The translations under genes were made by a program, and so were the position numbers. A model generated the notes under the pieces. It saw only the letters and a program-made list of their open reading frames with translations, searched no databases and was not told the DNA's origin. A DNA stretch of 62,939 nt, filler included, from Globobulimina sp. (lineage: Eukaryota): assembly GCA_003354225.1 (NCBI GenBank). It is 49 parts of 49 records of this genome, joined end to end, with 100 filler letters (N's around TTAATTAATTAA, not from the genome) between each part and the next. Parts side by side here need not be neighbours in the genome. Positions count along the whole stretch, not along the records: positions 61,755 to 62,939 come from PIVH01021424.1; 48 more parts are not named here. One strand, written 5' to 3'. Shown one piece after another: positions 62,393 through 62,939 of this stretch (position 1 is its first letter; every line of letters starts with the position of its first letter).

Positions 62393-62939
62393 ATGGCACA
62401 ACCCTTACACGACGAAAAAACAGACGATTCAACAGCAATAAAATATAAAATCGAGGATCTTTATGACATTAAAAAAGAGCAAGCTTTGTTAAAATGTTAT
62501 ATTGATATTGCATTAGCACCACAAGATTCAACATGGACCAAAACAAAAACAAAAAATGCGAATTTCTTGGTGGATTATAAATATTTAACAAATGATAATT
62601 TATGCACTATTCGTGGCCAAACAATCATACCAAACGCATCGGTGGATGCATATTATGAATTTTGTGAAGGTGGATACAATGATGTGTATGGATGGGAGAA
62701 AGAATGTGATCCAATGTGTACCGAAAATATATGTATCCGATCCATTGATATTGACCACGAAGTAGTATATGGCTCATACGATAGCGGTCTTTTTGTCATA
62801 TCGCCGCGTGATTTTTGCTATGTCAAAGCAAGACATAAATTGACAGATTATAAAGGCCCAAATGGTGATTTGTATGATGTGTCGTGCACTTTATGTTATT
62901 CTGTGGATGATAAATATCCATTTTATCGGGCAACCAAAA
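62393..62939 (+). CDS. START lipid-binding domain protein, 3' truncated (not in the ORF track)
   Basis: MAQPLHDEK...TIRGQTII..DPMC..VISPRDFCY..CYSV. Confidence 0.8.
   Translation, partial: MAQPLHDEKTDDSTAIKYKIEDLYDIKKEQALLKCYIDIALAPQDSTWTKTKTKNANFLVDYKYLTNDNLCTIRGQTIIPNASVDAYYEFCEGGYNDVYGWEKECDPMCTENICIRSIDIDHEVVYGSYDSGLFVISPRDFCYVKARHKLTDYKGPNGDLYDVSCTLCYSVDDKYPFYRATK

Noticed and set aside
1..62939. rRNA, tRNA or telomere repeats
   Set aside because: None recognised by eye; a covariance-model scan would be needed to exclude small RNAs

Overview
This is not one locus. It is 49 short contigs (1188 down to 1185 nt, sorted by length) joined by 48 identical 100-nt artificial linkers (44 N + TTAATTAATTAA + 44 N, which has stops in all six frames), so adjacency across linkers means nothing. 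Most contigs come from an AT-rich protist with short GT-AG introns (about 53-200 nt) and a standard genetic code. The gene content and expanded families (7TM-RGS, orphan 7TM, Gly-rich repeats, a recurring orphan family) suggest a foraminiferan or other rhizarian; this is an inference. Recognisable eukaryotic genes include NOP56, RPL15, MRG15/EAF3 (split over two contigs), BRAP2, RUS1/DUF647, NAPE-PLD, CDP-alcohol phosphotransferase, NCKX, a GT60 GlcNAc-transferase, cyclophilin, DnaJ, START, an EEP nuclease and a class C GPCR. There are also prokaryotic contigs (CheR + MBL hydrolase; GMC oxidoreductase; GtrB-GtrA), a metazoan-type FMN formin exon and several cross-kingdom chimeric contigs, as expected from whole-genome-amplified single-cell data. 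The most interesting items are a ubiquitin-like/2OG-Fe(II) oxygenase fusion, an intron-containing secreted bacterial-type OB-fold gene, a class C GPCR with a possible solute-binding-protein ectodomain, and a hairpin MITE-like repeat found in two contigs. Fragments of about 1.2 kb cannot establish a multi-gene novel system. All family calls come from motif recognition, not database searches.
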